Below the pieces are notes generated by a model. The model saw only the letters and a program-made list of their open reading frames with translations. It was not told where the DNA came from and made no database searches. The translations under genes were made by a program, and so were the position numbers. Shown in pieces: positions 49,220 to 59,177 of a DNA stretch of 64,000 nucleotides; position 1 is the first letter of the stretch, and every line of letters begins with the position of its first letter. This DNA comes from an uncultured Gammaproteobacteria bacterium (GTDB taxonomy: Bacteria; Pseudomonadota; Gammaproteobacteria; Magnimaribacterales; D2472), in assembly GCA_964343355.1 (NCBI GenBank), contig CAYFJC010000001.1:111-64110 (forward strand), in the 5' to 3' direction.

Positions 49220-52015
49220 TTAGAAATTCAATCCAAACTTGATTCCATAAGTTCTAGGATTAGCAAATGTTATATGAACACCTCCACCTGCTAAGTTACC
49301 GTTTGCAGTAACACCATGTTGAAATCTTTTGTCGGCTATGTTTTTAATAAAACCACCAACATACCACTCTTCAGATGCAGGAGTGAATGTAGCTAATATA
49401 TCCATATATTGCGCTTCAGGAAGTTGGAATCTAGCAGAATTAAATAGATCTCCTTCTCTTTCACCTTTATGAACATATGTTAATTTAACGTCTGTTACAC
49501 CACCTGATGTAGGGAATCTTTGTGAGATTGATAAGTTATAATCAAGATCAGATACCAAAGGAACTTTATTGCCTTCAAGTTGCTGCATAGCATCACTTGA
49601 GAAGCCAGCTAATGTTTGAACATCTCCTTGAAGATTATAAATAATACCAGCGTCTGTTAAGCCCCATTGCACCAGTGATGCGAATGAACCAAAAGCATTT
49701 CCTACAGCTGCTGCTGTTCCGGCTGCTGTAGCTGCATCCATGCCAGTCGCTTGAAGAATTCCTGCTAAAGCACTAGTTCCAAAACCAGAAGTGATCATAG
49801 TAGTAGCGTTATTTGGATTGTTTGGATCTCTTGCAACACCGTTACCCATTGCTGAGTCAGATGCTAAGAAGTTGAAATCAATTTCAGTATTATCTGTTAA
49901 GAAGAATTTCATTTGACCTTCAAAGCCTTTGTTCATGTAATCAAAAGTTCTATTAACAACACCAGCTCTTTCTAGCTGACCATATTGACCATTAGTAACA
50001 TCAAATTCAAAGTAAGTTGCATTTAATAGTAATCTTCCGTCCATTAAAATATTTCTGATTCCAATTTCAGTATTGATAGACTCTTCTTCACCATAAGGTA
50101 AATTTATACCTAGCTCATTAGGAGATGTTCCACCGGCTTTTAGGCCAGTTGTATAAGATGCGTAAACCATAGTGTTGTCATTAACAAAGCGTTGAATTGC
50201 CATCTTGTATGTAAAAGCACTATTCTCTGATTGCTCTCTAGTTTGACCTGCATTATTTCTGTCATATGTAGGGTTGTATACATAATTAGGGTTAGTCACA
50301 TCACCTAAAGTACTAAATATAGTACTTTCATAAGTATCATCGTTATATCTCATACCTAAAGTTAATTTAGTAGCATCGTCTATGTCATAGTAATACTCAC
50401 CAAATAAAGCATTTGATTTAACTTTTGTATTTTGACTGGTAATTAATCCACCTAATTCATTTGGAAGCGTTCTATCACATAATCCACCAAGGGCAGCACA
50501 TGTGCCTAGAGTATTTTGAGTGATTAGTCCTAAAGCAGCTGGAAGTCCAATCGCTGGAATTGCAGGAGCTACAGCACCAAATACACCACCGAATACTGAC
50601 CAAAATGCTATTCCGCCTTTACCGTTCATAGCTCCACCAAATAAAGAAGCACTGTAAGGGTGAAGATCAAAAGATCTTAACATTTGATAACCAGCAGTTT
50701 GAAGGATGTAGTTATTAGCTCCATCATTTTCTCTCATATATAGACCAGCAGTAAAGTTATGCGGACCATCAAAATCTGAGATTAAATTAATTTCTGATTG
50801 TCTGTTGATGTCAACAGCTTGTGAACACTCCACAGATTCTGAACGATCAACCATTGCAGCATTAAAACACTGGAATTGAAGTTCCATTGCAGGAACAGGT
50901 CCAACCGCAGTAGAGAATGTTTCACTTGCAAACGAATGATCTTGATCATCTGTATGCTGATAGTCTCTTACTGAGTAAGAATATTTAGCTTTAAAAGTCA
51001 TATCAGATAGTTCTTTTATGTACTCAATCTGTGAGTTTTGAACAACCTGTTGTCTATCCGGATCATGGTTTTTATTAACTCTATCAAGAGTTGAAAACTT
51101 TATAGTATTTGCATAAGAATCAAAGCTAGATGATGGTCTTAAAAACGTTAGAGAATCAACAAATCCAATAATAGTTCCAGCTTCATGAGCTGTTTGGCCT
51201 AATTGACCCTTTTGGAAAGGTGAGCAACCATAAAAAATATCCTTTTCACAGTATTGACCACCAATATTCATTCTATTGTCATCTGAAGAATATTCAGCAG
51301 TATTAAAACGCAATGAGCTTGAATCATCTAAATCCACATCAACTGATAATCTAATTGCATAAGAATCTCTTCCATCAATATCATTACCAGTTCCAATGTT
51401 TTTAACCCATCCATCTTTAACAAATGAACCATAAGCTAGTCTTGTTCTTACATTGTCACCAAACGGTAAGTTTATTGCTGTAGTAATTCTTTCTGATCCA
51501 TAGTTACCCATTTCAACATTAATGTATCCACCAACTTCTGCTTCAGGTCTTGCAGTTACTAAGTTAATGAGTCCACCAACAACGTTTCTTCCATAAAGAG
51601 TTCCTTGAGGACCTGCAAGAATATTTACTTGCTCGACGTCAAAAAAACCAATTTCACCAAAAGCACTTCCTGCTAATGTATGGCCGTTAATAGCTGTTTG
51701 CACAGAAGAAGCAGTACCTGCTCCAACCGCAGCACTAGAAGCTCCTCTAATAGTATATAAAGATCCTGAACCAAGAACATTTTGGTATGAGAATCCTGGA
51801 ACTAATTCAGCTAAATCCTGAACTTCAGTTACTCCGGCGCTATCAAGAGCGTCAGCTGAAAGAGCTTGAACTGAAAGCGCAATATCCTGAATAGATTCAG
51901 ATTTTCTTGTCGCAGTTGTGAGAATCTCTTCAACTTCCTGAGCAAAAAGATTTGTCGGTATTAATAAAAACATTGATGCAGTAGCACCCAATAGATATCT
52001 TAATGATATGTTCAT
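49220..52015 (-). CDS. TonB-dependent receptor
   Basis: Start reset to ATG 52015 (MNISLRYLLGATASMFLLIPTNLFAQEVEEILTTATRKSE), with AAGGGG 8 nt upstream. The plug has LAGPQGTLYGRN. The C-terminal beta-barrel ends ...YGIKFGLNF (terminal Phe). Confidence 0.9.
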   Translation of the reverse strand: MNISLRYLLGATASMFLLIPTNLFAQEVEEILTTATRKSESIQDIALSVQALSADALDSAGVTEVQDLAELVPGFSYQNVLGSGSLYTIRGASSAAVGAGTASSVQTAINGHTLAGSAFGEIGFFDVEQVNILAGPQGTLYGRNVVGGLINLVTARPEAEVGGYINVEMGNYGSERITTAINLPFGDNVRTRLAYGSFVKDGWVKNIGTGNDIDGRDSYAIRLSVDVDLDDSSSLRFNTAEYSSDDNRMNIGGQYCEKDIFYGCSPFQKGQLGQTAHEAGTIIGFVDSLTFLRPSSSFDSYANTIKFSTLDRVNKNHDPDRQQVVQNSQIEYIKELSDMTFKAKYSYSVRDYQHTDDQDHSFASETFSTAVGPVPAMELQFQCFNAAMVDRSESVECSQAVDINRQSEINLISDFDGPHNFTAGLYMRENDGANNYILQTAGYQMLRSFDLHPYSASLFGGAMNGKGGIAFWSVFGGVFGAVAPAIPAIGLPAALGLITQNTLGTCAALGGLCDRTLPNELGGLITSQNTKVKSNALFGEYYYDIDDATKLTLGMRYNDDTYESTIFSTLGDVTNPNYVYNPTYDRNNAGQTREQSENSAFTYKMAIQRFVNDNTMVYASYTTGLKAGGTSPNELGINLPYGEEESINTEIGIRNILMDGRLLLNATYFEFDVTNGQYGQLERAGVVNRTFDYMNKGFEGQMKFFLTDNTEIDFNFLASDSAMGNGVARDPNNPNNATTMITSGFGTSALAGILQATGMDAATAAGTAAAVGNAFGSFASLVQWGLTDAGIIYNLQGDVQTLAGFSSDAMQQLEGNKVPLVSDLDYNLSISQRFPTSGGVTDVKLTYVHKGEREGDLFNSARFQLPEAQYMDILATFTPASEEWYVGGFIKNIADKRFQHGVTANGNLAGGGVHITFANPRTYGIKFGLNF

Positions 52016-52126
52016 ACTTGGTTTCCCCTTTGTGTATATGAAAATTATCGCTATATTCTCATAAAAAGAGCTCTTAGTCATAAAAAAATAGATTTAAATT
52101 TTAGGTATAAAAGATAGGTTTAAAAA

Positions 52127-52339
52127 CTACACTAATGGATCATATCCACTTTTACTCCAAGGGTGACACCTTGAAACTCTTTTAAAACTCAACCAAGAAC
52201 CTTTTATTGGTCCATATTTTTCTATAGCTTGAATTGAATACTCTGAACATGTAGGGGTATATCTGCAACTAGGGCCCATCAATGGAGATATTAAATATTG
52301 ATAGCTTTTAACAAGCTTTATAAAAAAACTTTTAAACAC
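52127..52339 (-). CDS. yidD: Membrane protein insertion efficiency factor YidD
   Basis: 70 aa. [49 protein letters not shown] is the canonical YidD signature. Confidence 0.9.
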   Translation of the reverse strand: MFKSFFIKLVKSYQYLISPLMGPSCRYTPTCSEYSIQAIEKYGPIKGSWLSFKRVSRCHPWSKSGYDPLV

Positions 52340-52347
52340 TATTAGCT

Positions 52348-54285
52348 TTATAAACTATGAGGTGATTTTGACTCATTAGAAATTTCATCGATTATATTAT
52401 CAAGATCATAGGAGATATTTTTATCACTTCCTAGGCGTCTTACTGAAAGGCTTCTTTCCTCAGCCTCTTTTTTGCCTATGACCATGATAACGGGAACCTT
52501 TGCTGCGCTATGTTCTCTAACTTTATAACTAATTTTTTCATTTCTTATATCAGTTTCCACTCTTACGCCTTTTGATTTTAAGAGTTGAGCGACCTCGTCT
52601 ACATAAGAATTAACATCAGAGATGATTGAAGCTACAACAACTTGACGAGGAGCAAGCCATAGAGGCAATCTGCCTGAATAGTTTTCTATTAAAACACCAA
52701 TAAAGCGCTCAAAAGATCCCAATATTGCTCTATGTATCATTACAGGTCTGTGTTTAGAGCCATCTTCACCTATATATTCGGCATCTAATCTATCTGGTAA
52801 ATTAAAATCTGCTTGAAAAGTGCCGCATTGCCATTCACGACCTATGGCATCAGTTAAAACAAAGTCGAGCTTTGGTCCATAAAAAGCACCATCCCCTTCT
52901 TCTAGGGTATAAGGAAGATTTAGTTTTTTAATTGCATTCTCTAATGCTGCTTCTGCTTTATCCCAAACCGCATCAGAACCAACTCTTACTTCAGGCCTTG
53001 TAGATAACTTAATAGAAAAGTCTGCAAAACCTAAGTCTTGATAAATGCTTGAAAGTAGTTTTATAAATATTGCTGTCTCTGATTCAATTTGAGATTCAGT
53101 ACAAAATATGTGGCCATCATCTTGAGTAAATCCTCTAACTCGCATAAGACCATGCATAGTTCCTGATGCTTCATATCTATGGCATGAACCAAATTCTGCT
53201 AATCTTAAAGGTAGATCTCTGTATGATTTAAGTCCTTGGTTGTATACCTGAACATGGCATGGGCAATTCATTGGCTTGAGAGCATTTACTCTTTTTTCAT
53301 TAGCATGCTCTTCATCTATTTCAGTGATAAACATATTCTCTCTATACTTATCCCAATGACCTGATGCCTCCCAAAGTTTCCTATCAACAACTTGAGGTGT
53401 TTTAATTTCTTGATAGTCAGAGTTATTTAATCGATAACGCATATAGTCTTCTAAAGCTCTATATATAGTCCAACCATTTGGATGCCAGAAAACCATGCCA
53501 GGTGCCTCTTCTTGAAAATGAAATAAGTCCATTTCTTTCGCAAGTTTTCTATGATCCCGTTTTTCAGCTTCTTCAAGCCTAAGAAGATAGGCATTTAATT
53601 CTTTATCTGATTTCCATGCAGTTCCATAGACTCTAGTTAACATCTCATTATCTGAACTACCACGCCAATAAGCTCCAGCCAGCTTGGTAAGTTTGAAAGC
53701 TCCAATATGTTTTAAATTAGGTAAATGTGGTCCTCTGCACAAATCAATAAAGTCTGATTCGCCTTGCTGATATATTTGAAAATTATCTTCTTGGTCTGAG
53801 TCATTAATAATGTCTACTTTATAATCTTCATGTTTTGCCTTAAAAATCTTTATAGCTTCTTTCTTCGTATTTAAAGATTTACTAATCGAATCACCTGAAG
53901 CAATAATATTACGCATTTCGTTCTCAATTTTAGGCAAGTCATCAGATGAGATAGCTTTTTCAGTTAAGAAGTCATAATAAAAACCATCATCAATGGTTGG
54001 TCCAATAGCTAGCTTTGAATTTGGATATAGGTTTTTAATTGCTCTTGCTAGAACTTGAGCAGTTAGTGTGTGACGCATTATTTCCAATCCTTCATCAGAA
54101 TCTATAGTTACAATAGATACTTTTGAGTCATCGGTAATTGGGTCACATAAATCCCTTTGGAACCCATCAACTACTACTGCAATCGCTGCTTTTGCTAGAC
54201 CTGGTCCAATATCATTAGCTAAATCAAGTCCAGTTGAGCCCTCTTCAAGCTCTCGAATGCTTCCATCTGGCAGTGTAATGTTCAT
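52348..54285 (-). CDS. thrS: Threonine--tRNA ligase
   Basis: Start reset to ATG 54285 ([19 protein letters not shown], a TGS domain). It has an editing domain, class II core motifs ([22 protein letters not shown]-type region, [17 protein letters not shown]) and an anticodon-binding C-terminus. Confidence 0.95.
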   Translation of the reverse strand: MNITLPDGSIRELEEGSTGLDLANDIGPGLAKAAIAVVVDGFQRDLCDPITDDSKVSIVTIDSDEGLEIMRHTLTAQVLARAIKNLYPNSKLAIGPTIDDGFYYDFLTEKAISSDDLPKIENEMRNIIASGDSISKSLNTKKEAIKIFKAKHEDYKVDIINDSDQEDNFQIYQQGESDFIDLCRGPHLPNLKHIGAFKLTKLAGAYWRGSSDNEMLTRVYGTAWKSDKELNAYLLRLEEAEKRDHRKLAKEMDLFHFQEEAPGMVFWHPNGWTIYRALEDYMRYRLNNSDYQEIKTPQVVDRKLWEASGHWDKYRENMFITEIDEEHANEKRVNALKPMNCPCHVQVYNQGLKSYRDLPLRLAEFGSCHRYEASGTMHGLMRVRGFTQDDGHIFCTESQIESETAIFIKLLSSIYQDLGFADFSIKLSTRPEVRVGSDAVWDKAEAALENAIKKLNLPYTLEEGDGAFYGPKLDFVLTDAIGREWQCGTFQADFNLPDRLDAEYIGEDGSKHRPVMIHRAILGSFERFIGVLIENYSGRLPLWLAPRQVVVASIISDVNSYVDEVAQLLKSKGVRVETDIRNEKISYKVREHSAAKVPVIMVIGKKEAEERSLSVRRLGSDKNISYDLDNIIDEISNESKSPHSL

Positions 54286-54295
54286 ATCGATAATA

Positions 54296-56143
54296 TTATA
54301 TAGGTAAATACACAACTGTATTAGTTGAAAGTATCATTATAAAAACTAATGTTGTCACCATGGGTCCAAGATAAACTCTGCCCGTCATATAGAAAAAATA
54401 TCTATTAAAATAAGGAAGGATGAACATCATAGGAACAATTGCAAATAGTAAATTTACACTTAGCCAATTAGTTGTCCAGAAAACAGTTCCTGTTCTTGCA
54501 AAAGTTACGTATTGAATAAAAATTATTAAAAATAGTCCCAATGAGTTTGCAATTCCTGCAATTAGCATAGATTTCCATTCTTGTTGCCCCTCTATTCTCA
54601 TTGCACCATTAACTCTTAATGAATTAGAAAAAAAGAAAATAAAGAATAACGGAGCATACATTGCTAATACTAATAACATTTCAGGTTGAAATATCCTTAC
54701 GCCCATAAACCAGAATCTATAATCAACATGAAAAATAGAATAAATTAGAAATAAAAATATGTAATAAATGCTAAAAACTAAAATAGACAAGGCTAATGTT
54801 TTTATTATGTAGTTCGTATTTGCTTCAAGACCCCATGATGCAGATGAAACTCCATGTTTTTTTCCAAAGAGTTGGTACGAAAGCGTAAATAAAAGCAAAC
54901 CTACGAGCCCATTAAATGAAGCCCACAACATAACAGAATTATTCATTCGCTGAGGATAGAACCATGTCATCTCTCGACTAGCGGCTGCTTGAAAAATACT
55001 CTTAGCAGCGTCGACCATTGGTATATAAGAGAAGCAAGCTATAGATGCTCCTAAGAAAAATATTAACCAAAAGACTGCTTTTGAGTTTCTGCTTTGTTTT
55101 GGAAGTGCGTCTGGTACGTCTTTTACGAGAGAGTTAAATATTTTTACTGACAATAAAAATCGTGATAGCGGAATCAACATAACCATTGCTGTAATCATCG
55201 ATATTAAAGTCATTAGTTCTTTCCATTGCCAAATCTGATTTGATGAAGGCATGGACGAATTAAGATTAAAAACTTCTTCAAAGTACTCTATTTGATTAGC
55301 GGTAGCTATATTGTTGTAGGGTTGAAAAGGATGTATCAATTCCTCATTATGTATAACTCTCAAATTGCTGTCAGCTAAAGAACCATAATACCTTCCTAAC
55401 TCAACCTCTTTAAGATTTTTCTTTCCTTTATTGATTCCCCAATTAATAACTCTCAATGACTCAGGTGCAATTTTCATATTTGATGCATCCCAACCTGATA
55501 ATTCATTTCTAAAAGCTCCTTCATCATACAAAGCGTAACTAACGCCTACATTAGAACGAATATCCTTAAGGACCTTATCTTGCAGAGTTAAAACATACCC
55601 AGATACAAAAACAGAATGAAGTTTACTTGGCTCATTATTTTTAATAGCCTCTTTGCCAAAATAATTTGCTCCTCTGATAGCGGCATTTCCACCCATAGAG
55701 TGACCTGTAGATGCAATTTTACTAGTATCTATATAATTTAAAAAATTTCCAGAATGTGCTTGTTCAACTAAGTAAAACATTCCATAACCTTCGGTCGTTG
55801 CTGATCGTTTACTTCTTGAGGAGCTGGAAAGACCTTGCGCATAGGGATCAATAAGAGCTATAACCATACCTCTTCGAGATAATTCTATTGCAATATTTGA
55901 TAAAGCTTCTTTTGATCTTTGGAATCCAGGTACCACAACTATAAAAGGCAGTTTATTTTCTTTAGTTGCAAGATTGGGTTTGTATAAATCAAAAACTAAA
56001 TGTTGCCCTTTTTGGGTAGATAATTTTACTGAATTAACTTCTACACGACCAAAGTCTGATTGAATTAATGAAGCAATTAAGCTACACACCAATATGATGG
56101 AGAAGCAGGTAAAAAGGAATCTTGTATTTGAATATTGTTTCAT
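54296..56143 (-). CDS. Alpha/beta-hydrolase domain fused to a polytopic (about 8 TM) membrane domain
   Basis: 615 aa. After an N-terminal anchor, [34 protein letters not shown] ... [12 protein letters not shown] shows a nucleophile elbow GHSMGG of the dienelactone-hydrolase/cutinase-lipase type. From about aa 305 the sequence is multiple hydrophobic helices. Confidence 0.65.
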   Translation of the reverse strand: MKQYSNTRFLFTCFSIILVCSLIASLIQSDFGRVEVNSVKLSTQKGQHLVFDLYKPNLATKENKLPFIVVVPGFQRSKEALSNIAIELSRRGMVIALIDPYAQGLSSSSRSKRSATTEGYGMFYLVEQAHSGNFLNYIDTSKIASTGHSMGGNAAIRGANYFGKEAIKNNEPSKLHSVFVSGYVLTLQDKVLKDIRSNVGVSYALYDEGAFRNELSGWDASNMKIAPESLRVINWGINKGKKNLKEVELGRYYGSLADSNLRVIHNEELIHPFQPYNNIATANQIEYFEEVFNLNSSMPSSNQIWQWKELMTLISMITAMVMLIPLSRFLLSVKIFNSLVKDVPDALPKQSRNSKAVFWLIFFLGASIACFSYIPMVDAAKSIFQAAASREMTWFYPQRMNNSVMLWASFNGLVGLLLFTLSYQLFGKKHGVSSASWGLEANTNYIIKTLALSILVFSIYYIFLFLIYSIFHVDYRFWFMGVRIFQPEMLLVLAMYAPLFFIFFFSNSLRVNGAMRIEGQQEWKSMLIAGIANSLGLFLIIFIQYVTFARTGTVFWTTNWLSVNLLFAIVPMMFILPYFNRYFFYMTGRVYLGPMVTTLVFIMILSTNTVVYLPI

Positions 56144-56221
56144 TTTATTTGTAGTTTATTTTACTTGAATTCATGAATACGCACTGCTAGTCTTAGTTAA
56201 TTATTTTATTTAGGAGACATT

Positions 56222-56596
56222 ATGGAAGTTTATATTATCTTAGCCTTGGTTCTAGCACTACTTCAAATTTGGATTATCCCATTGGTATTAAATTCAAGTA
56301 ATCTTGAATGGATGCTCTCAAATAGGGAAGAGGTTTTAGATGACTCACCAATGCTTATTAGATCGAGAAAAGCTTATGCGAATCTTCAAGAGACTTTGCC
56401 TATATTTTTAGCTTTAGCTCTTTTATCAATGATTAAAGGAATTGATGTTACAGATATGGCATGTTGGTGGTTAATCTTTAGAGGAGTTCATGGTATTTCA
56501 TATATGGTAGGAGCAACCTACATGAGAACTCTTTCTTGGTTTGGAGCATTAGGAGCGCTTATAGGTATGGCAGTCCAAATTATTCAATTTTCATAA
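56222..56596 (+). CDS. MAPEG-family membrane protein
   Basis: 124 aa with 3-4 TM segments. The RSRKAYANLQETLPIFLALALL pattern matches the MAPEG R...N..E..P.F signature. Confidence 0.6.
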   Translation: MEVYIILALVLALLQIWIIPLVLNSSNLEWMLSNREEVLDDSPMLIRSRKAYANLQETLPIFLALALLSMIKGIDVTDMACWWLIFRGVHGISYMVGATYMRTLSWFGALGALIGMAVQIIQFS

Positions 56597-56608
56597 GAAA
56601 TATATACT

Positions 56609-56636
56609 TAAAAGGCACCTTCAAGGTGCCTTTTTT
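56609..56636 (+). terminator. Rho-independent terminator after the MAPEG gene
   Basis: AAGGCACC-TTCAA-GGTGCCTT is followed by TTTTT. Confidence 0.85.
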
Positions 56637-56700
56637 ATGTTTTATACCTTTATATATTGGCACGTAAATTGCTTGTAAAGTAATGGAAGCTTAATAAAGC

Positions 56701-56729
56701 TTGCAAAATATCTAATACTAATTAGTATT
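56701..56729 (+). promoter_or_regulatory. Candidate promoter with an overlapping perfect 16-bp palindromic operator upstream of the TonB-dependent receptor
   Basis: TTGCAA (56701-06) is followed after a 16-nt spacer by TAGTAT (56723-28). The palindrome AATACTAA|TTAGTATT (56714-56729) covers the spacer and the -10 element. The ATG is at 56759. Confidence 0.4.
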
Positions 56730-56758
56730 TTATATACATCATTTTTTTGGAGAAACAA

Positions 56759-59125
56759 ATGAATAAATTAAAAGCCACCCTAGCGCTGCTATTTGTTGCT
56801 ACTACTGGAGTAACTTTTGCTCAAGAAGTTGAAGAGATAATAGTGACAGCTAATAAAAGTGAACAAACAGTTCAAGAAATACCTATGAATATTTCAGTGA
56901 TTACCGCTGGAGATATTGAAGATCGTGGCATTTCAAATCCTGAGGATTACTTGAGGACCCTTGCTGGTGTCTCAACGCCTGGAGGAGATTCATTTTTTAT
57001 TATTAGAGGTTTAAATACTTCTGCTGCTCAAAGAAGTTCCGGAACAACCAATGTTTACACTGATGAAGTTAACATGGCTATGGTAAATATTTTTGATGTT
57101 GAAAGAATTGAATTACTTAGAGGACCTCAAGGAACTCTTTATGGCTCTAATGCTATTGGTGGAACTTTAAGATACATAACTAAAAAACCAGATCCTTCTG
57201 GTTTTGATGCTTCGGTTGAGTTTATAGCTGGTAGTAAAAAGTTTGCCTCCAAAGCTGTAAAAAATCTTAACGCAATGGTTAATATTCCATTAGCGGATAA
57301 TTTAGCTATGAGAGTTATTTCTACTTCATCTTTTGATCCTGGAATATATCAAAATGTTATGACTGGCAATAAGTCAGTTGGTGATGAAAAAGATGAACAA
57401 AAAACTGCGACTTTGGGTTATATGGATGGTCCTCTTAGTGTCATGGTTAGGTATAGTGAAAAATCAAGAAAAGATAATGGTGTTCAGGAAACAGGAAACT
57501 CTTCCAAGCCAGGCTCAGCAGATGTTTATGACCCAAATTGTACTACAGATCTTTCTTATTTCTATAACTGGGATGGCTTACCTAATTGCTCAAGAGTAGC
57601 TTCAATAGCAGCAGAGATTGGTGTTGATACATCTGGCTATAATCCTCTTTTATGGTTTGCAGATGCAGCAGATGAGATTGGAATGACTGATATGAGCATG
57701 CTTGCAACAACAATTACTTACGACTTTGATATGTTTACAGCCACATTAGTTAAATCAAGTTCTGAAACCAATGTATTTGAAAAAACTGAATGGGGAAGAA
57801 TTGATATGGATGACCTCTACAGTTCTCCACTATATAACGTTTCAACTAATGAGAGAGATACCACTGAATTAAGGATTTCTTCGAATCCTGGAACTATTGA
57901 ATGGGTTGTTGGTTATTACAAGGATGAAAAAAGAGGCCTACCTGGTAATAGACAGGATCAATTTGGTATAAGCGATGCAGCATACGATTACATAGCAAAT
58001 ATAATTATGGGCTACACAGGCTCAGCACCAACAGAATACCTTCCTTGGCAGAATTATAATCCTGGATATCCTGGATGGGATAATTCAAGGCTATATTATG
58101 GTTTTTATAGTTATGGTGATTATGCTGATGAAGAAGCATTTTTTGGTCAGCTTACTTACAACATGGATAAATTTGAATTCACTGCAGGAATAAGAGATTA
58201 CGAATTATCTGATGGATTTAAAGGAGAAAACTATGGTGTTTTTTACGAAGGTGAGTACGCTTGTGATGATGTAGATCAAACAGGGCCTGATGGCATTTCA
58301 TGTGGTCAAGAGTCAGGATCTGAATCAGATTCAAGACCTAAATTTACAGCTAGTTATATGCCAAATGATGATCTTACTTTTTTTGCAGTAAGCTCAGCTG
58401 GCTATAGAACTGGTGGTAATAATGCTGCTTTACCTTATTTTTGTGCAGAAGACCCAGAGGCAGCTAGTTCATTTAAGAGAAGGTACACATCTGACAAAGC
58501 TGAAAATACTGAATTTGGTGTTAAAGCTAGAGGTAATGGTTTCTCTATAAATGCTACATATTTCCATATTGATTGGACTGATATTCAGATTATTGTATCT
58601 CCAGCATGTGGTTGGAGTTACTACTTCAATGGAGCTGAAGCAACCTCGCAAGGTATAGAGTTAGATGTATCTTATGCCTTAGCTGATAATTTATATCTAG
58701 ACTTTACTGGAAGCTCAATGACAGCGGAAACAAATACTGACATTGTTAGTTTAGGAGCATCTAAAGGAGACAGGTTACCAAATACAGTAGAGAAGCAATA
58801 CAACATTGGTCTTACCTATGAATACTCATCACCATTAATGGGGCTAGCTTCATTTGTAAGAGCTGATTATCTTTACTACGGCGATAGTTTTGCTACTTTT
58901 GAACAAAGCGAAAGTATGTTTTCTCCTGATTACACTAAACTTAATATTAACTGGGGTATGGAGATAGATGAGAATAATAGTATTCAGTTATCTATTGATA
59001 ATGCTACTGATGAGAGAACTGAAGCCTTTAAGTATTCAGTAAGCTCACCTAGCTGGAGACCTAGAGATTATATGCAGTGGATACCACCAAGAAGTGTTAC
59101 TTTTAGTTATAGATATAACTATTAA
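56759..59125 (+). CDS. TonB-dependent receptor
   Basis: Start reset to ATG 56759 (MNKLKATLALLFVATTGVTFAQEVEEIIVTANKSEQ), with GGAGAA 5 nt upstream; the ORF-track start is a TTG. The plug has LRGPQGTLYGSNAIGG. The C-terminus reads ...SVTFSYRYNY. Confidence 0.9.
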   Translation: MNKLKATLALLFVATTGVTFAQEVEEIIVTANKSEQTVQEIPMNISVITAGDIEDRGISNPEDYLRTLAGVSTPGGDSFFIIRGLNTSAAQRSSGTTNVYTDEVNMAMVNIFDVERIELLRGPQGTLYGSNAIGGTLRYITKKPDPSGFDASVEFIAGSKKFASKAVKNLNAMVNIPLADNLAMRVISTSSFDPGIYQNVMTGNKSVGDEKDEQKTATLGYMDGPLSVMVRYSEKSRKDNGVQETGNSSKPGSADVYDPNCTTDLSYFYNWDGLPNCSRVASIAAEIGVDTSGYNPLLWFADAADEIGMTDMSMLATTITYDFDMFTATLVKSSSETNVFEKTEWGRIDMDDLYSSPLYNVSTNERDTTELRISSNPGTIEWVVGYYKDEKRGLPGNRQDQFGISDAAYDYIANIIMGYTGSAPTEYLPWQNYNPGYPGWDNSRLYYGFYSYGDYADEEAFFGQLTYNMDKFEFTAGIRDYELSDGFKGENYGVFYEGEYACDDVDQTGPDGISCGQESGSESDSRPKFTASYMPNDDLTFFAVSSAGYRTGGNNAALPYFCAEDPEAASSFKRRYTSDKAENTEFGVKARGNGFSINATYFHIDWTDIQIIVSPACGWSYYFNGAEATSQGIELDVSYALADNLYLDFTGSSMTAETNTDIVSLGASKGDRLPNTVEKQYNIGLTYEYSSPLMGLASFVRADYLYYGDSFATFEQSESMFSPDYTKLNINWGMEIDENNSIQLSIDNATDERTEAFKYSVSSPSWRPRDYMQWIPPRSVTFSYRYNY

Positions 59126-59141
59126 AAACTCAGGTTAATTT

Positions 59142-59173
59142 AAAAATGCTGGTTAGTACCAGCATTTTTTTTG
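59142..59173. terminator. Bidirectional rho-independent terminator
   Basis: AAAA-ATGCTGGT-TAGT-ACCAGCAT-TTTTTTTT lies between the convergent receptor and cysS genes. Confidence 0.85.
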
Positions 59174-59177
59174 TCTA

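Noticed and set aside
52016-52126. Fur box upstream of the first TonB-dependent receptor (GCGATAATTTTCATATAC on the sense strand)
   Set aside because: Only about half of the 19-bp Fur consensus is matched. In about 30% GC DNA such partial matches are expected by chance.
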